Origin: Neodothiora populina
Lineage: Eukaryota
Direction of reading: 5' to 3'
DNA: 64,000 nt
NCBI RefSeq assembly: GCF_041146345.1
Contig: NW_027191419.1
Coordinates: forward strand, 372,001-436,000
A program made the translations under genes and the position numbers. Below, piece after piece: positions 61,189 through 64,000 of the stretch (position 1 is the first letter of the stretch; the number at the start of each line of letters is the position of its first letter). The notes beneath the pieces were generated by a model. It was not told where the DNA came from, made no database searches, and saw nothing but the letters and a program-made list of their open reading frames with translations.

Positions 61189-64000
61189 TCACCGTAACAT
61201 GGTGCTCTTACTCCCATCTGGAGCGCGTCGCTCGCCAAAATTATGCAGCCGCTCGCCAATCAGGTACACTTCGTCCTTGATCCTGCCTCTCCATCTGCGG
61301 GTCGCCTTGACTAGTTCCCAAACGCCCCATATCACGAGTGCTTGGCTCGCGCACAGCGGGTAGCTGTAGCGATACATCTTAACGTGAAGCAAGTGGGGCA
61401 TAGAGTCCATGGGGAAATTCAGGGCGAGGAGGATACCGTTCGTGACTTTTGCGAAGACGGGTGGGAAAAGCAACAAGACGGAGAAAAGGAGTAGAGTGGG
61501 AGCGATGACTGCCCTTGTCGCCAGCTTGGCGTTGGGATTCATGTACCCGTCCCTTGTGATGAGTCGCAAGGCTGTGGCAGGCCGGGAGTTGCGGCTCATC
61601 ATGACGATGCGAAGGCCGACCCGGAAATAGAGTAGCCCGAGAGTCCATGCTTGCAGCATATGGATGTTGTGGCCTGCGAGTAGCGACATGCTTGTGGACT
61701 TTATACCACTGGGAGGCCCTGAGCTTTCCGCGTCTGAAGTAGCCGACCAAGACGTAGTATAGGTGTGAAGAGGCAGTATGAGATATAGCTCGAAGACAAG
61801 AGCCAGGAGAGATGGCACCACAACCACGCCGAAGCTATAGACATACAAGCTTCTTAGCACCCGGCTTGCCACATCACCGGCTCTCGTCATCGCAGCCATG
61901 ACCATCTCTCGGAACACGTTTCCACGAAGCTCTCCATATGCCGCTCTGCTTCTCAGGACAATCCACAGTACTGTTCCAAGTACGACGAGACCGACAGAGA
62001 AGGCATAAAGATCGTTGAAGTCGATGCGCTCTGGGGTCATCATACCTAGCGTGAGCCGACCGAACACCATTGGCAATACTGTCAGGCAGACACCAGTGCC
62101 AGCGGCGAACAGCCAGAGGCTGAAGATGAATAGCGAGATTCGCAAGCGAAACCAAGGTGGGATGTAGACCTTGGTAAAATTCTTGTTCTTACGTCCATGC
62201 AGGCCAGTCCGAGGATCTGGTCGGCCGTCGACTCGCCTGTTATCCGCAGTGACCTCGAGGAAAACCTTGTCGCCCTTGGGGATTCTGACCTGGTCTGAGG
62301 CTGGCGCGCGAACATACTTGCCATCACGCACGAATTCGGCCTTCCGCGAATCGCCAGGAGCCGTTGAGGAAGGCATCTTAACAGTGTAGCCTTCTTCATC
62401 CCTCCTTCTGTCACCGAAGAGGAAATGAGACAGGCGTAAAGCCCTTGCGCAGTACTGCAACCAGGACTTGAAGATATCCTCGAGACCTTGTGACGGTAGG
62501 AGGTGGCGCGCCACGATAGGTGCAACAAGATTGTATACCAGGAAATCCATGGGGAACTCAAGTAGTGGCTCAGGAGTCGCCCACCGTACGGGGAAGACCC
62601 CTGTGAAGATAAGATCGATACCCCAAACAACCCCTCCTAGGCAACAGATGACTAGACCGCCATAGACCATGGCACTGAAGGCTATCTTGCGTAGTTGAGT
62701 CGTGACATTCCGCTCGAGAACATCGCGCACAGGATGGAAGGTTGGGTCATCTGGATCTCTGATAAAGTACAGTACTCCTTTGCGCATCACTCTTCGGCAA
62801 GCTGAGACGAAAAGTGCAAAGTGGAACATGTAGCAAGTGCCGATGAACCAGTGGATGAATGCGAACATCCAAGGCGACCGCAATGCGAAAAGCACTCGAA
62901 TGCCGATAGAGGCCTGTCCGAACAAAGGCAAGAGGGCAAAGTCGAGAAGCATACCGCAGTACAACGGGAAAGCAAGCATCTCGATACTGATGATGAGAAT
63001 GACCTTCAATACGCCACCAGCCTGCTTCAGGAAGTCGGTCAAAGCCTTTTCGACTCTCTGTAGGCCAGGATTGCTAAACAATGGCTCTTGTCTCAGCAAA
63101 TACATCGTGCCAATTGTGGCGAGGAAAATGTAACCCGCAAGAATAGTCATGCAACGGTCGGTTGCGCTCCAGTATGCCAGCGACGGATCCAAGTGCGTGG
63201 GCGCTCTATGATCTGTCAGGATCAACGTGCCGTTGTCGATGCTAGTCGCAAAGCTATTGCGCAGGTAACCTTGAGCGAGTAAGTAATACCTCTTCGCTTG
63301 TGCCAGTTCTCGCGCAAAACATGTCATCAGAGAGCTTAGGATCTGCCCAGTCGTGGATCGCTGTAGATGATTGGTTAACTTTGCAGCGACATGCACTGAG
63401 AACGCCACGACTTGGGCGGCCTCTTTTTGCAAAGTTTGCAAAGATTGGTGTGCATGAAGCGATACCACGAAGACTCCAGCTTCAAACGGACTGTCTTTGG
63501 CAAAGAGACCCGACAAGCGACTGCCAGCCGCGGTGATTGCATTGTGGGCGCGTACAGCTACAAAATCGAAGGACTTTGCCTCGACCTTCGTGTATGTGAC
63601 TCGAAAGATCCAAGCTGAGACATGAGATAACAGTTGCGCAGCAAAGTAAGTCACCAGGCCGCCAAGATATATGGTCGAGTCGATGAGAGCGTCAGAGACC
63701 AGGGAAATTATTTTGATAGGCGCCATGATGGAGAAGACAATTGGATCACCAAGGAACAAGAGGGCAAACTTGCCGAACATGTATGGAGCACCCAGGGCAG
63801 CCCACAGGGTTGTCGTTATGAGGACACCGCAGAACATGGCTGTTTGGAGTAGCCCAACCAGTGGACCTTGCATGCCGATAAGTTCCAAGATTCCCTCGAG
63901 ATCTTCTGCCTCGTCCAACGCATCGGCATCAAGACCAACATCGGCCGCAGCCTGAGCAACTTCCGGGTCTTGAGCGGGAACGTCATTGTCGAGACCCGCG
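61189..64000 (-). CDS. DOA10: ERAD E3 ubiquitin ligase Doa10/MARCH6, C-terminal part (continues beyond the window)
   Basis: EDLEGILELIGMQGP, IEMLAFPLYCGMLLD, HWFIGTCYM, TD-domain LYFIRDPDDPTFHPVRDVLER, C-terminal element IKDEVYLIGERLHNF. Frame open to the window end. Confidence 0.93.
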   Translation of the reverse strand, partial: AGLDNDVPAQDPEVAQAAADVGLDADALDEAEDLEGILELIGMQGPLVGLLQTAMFCGVLITTTLWAALGAPYMFGKFALLFLGDPIVFSIMAPIKIISLVSDALIDSTIYLGGLVTYFAAQLLSHVSAWIFRVTYTKVEAKSFDFVAVRAHNAITAAGSRLSGLFAKDSPFEAGVFVVSLHAHQSLQTLQKEAAQVVAFSVHVAAKLTNHLQRSTTGQILSSLMTCFARELAQAKRYYLLAQGYLRNSFATSIDNGTLILTDHRAPTHLDPSLAYWSATDRCMTILAGYIFLATIGTMYLLRQEPLFSNPGLQRVEKALTDFLKQAGGVLKVILIISIEMLAFPLYCGMLLDFALLPLFGQASIGIRVLFALRSPWMFAFIHWFIGTCYMFHFALFVSACRRVMRKGVLYFIRDPDDPTFHPVRDVLERNVTTQLRKIAFSAMVYGGLVICCLGGVVWGIDLIFTGVFPVRWATPEPLLEFPMDFLVYNLVAPIVARHLLPSQGLEDIFKSWLQYCARALRLSHFLFGDRRRDEEGYTVKMPSSTAPGDSRKAEFVRDGKYVRAPASDQVRIPKGDKVFLEVTADNRRVDGRPDPRTGLHGRKNKNFTKVYIPPWFRLRISLFIFSLWLFAAGTGVCLTVLPMVFGRLTLGMMTPERIDFNDLYAFSVGLVVLGTVLWIVLRSRAAYGELRGNVFREMVMAAMTRAGDVASRVLRSLYVYSFGVVVVPSLLALVFELYLILPLHTYTTSWSATSDAESSGPPSGIKSTSMSLLAGHNIHMLQAWTLGLLYFRVGLRIVMMSRNSRPATALRLITRDGYMNPNAKLATRAVIAPTLLLFSVLLLFPPVFAKVTNGILLALNFPMDSMPHLLHVKMYRYSYPLCASQALVIWGVWELVKATRRWRGRIKDEVYLIGERLHNFGERRAPDGSKSTMLR

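Noticed and set aside
1..64000. tRNA, rRNA, snRNA, SRP, RNase P/MRP, CRISPR arrays, intact transposons, secondary-metabolite cluster
   Set aside because: No diagnostic motifs found by eye. There are no transposase, RT, PKS or NRPS ORFs, and the genes are functionally unrelated housekeeping loci.

Overview
Gene-dense (about 20 genes), intron-containing nuclear DNA from a filamentous ascomycete (Pezizomycotina; Dothideomycete-like by impression only). Genes in order: partial hypothetical protein, CBM1-GH10 xylanase, BAP31/Yet, DUS3, SFP1, 2OG-Fe(II) dioxygenase, FRG1, a bZIP factor, DLD1, a hybrid histidine kinase, a pepsin-family protease, DBP9, a cupin, RTT103, CLC1, MDL1, CDC37, an FAD/NADPH reductase lacking a flavodoxin domain, TRS20, a probable pseudogene, MRPL31 and partial DOA10. 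The strongest unexplained signal is in the gene-free gap between DUS3 and SFP1. About 2.1 kb (9313-11389) folds back on itself through more than a dozen nested 7-17 bp helices, with G-U wobbles favouring the + strand. It contains a telomere-complementary 10-mer next to a boundary-like helix, so it is a candidate large structured ncRNA (telomerase RNA or something undescribed). Directly downstream, SFP1 has a 172-codon stop-free, AUG-free in-frame leader with a CUG in strong Kozak context. All calls were made by eye from motifs and splice signals; no searches or folding programs were run.
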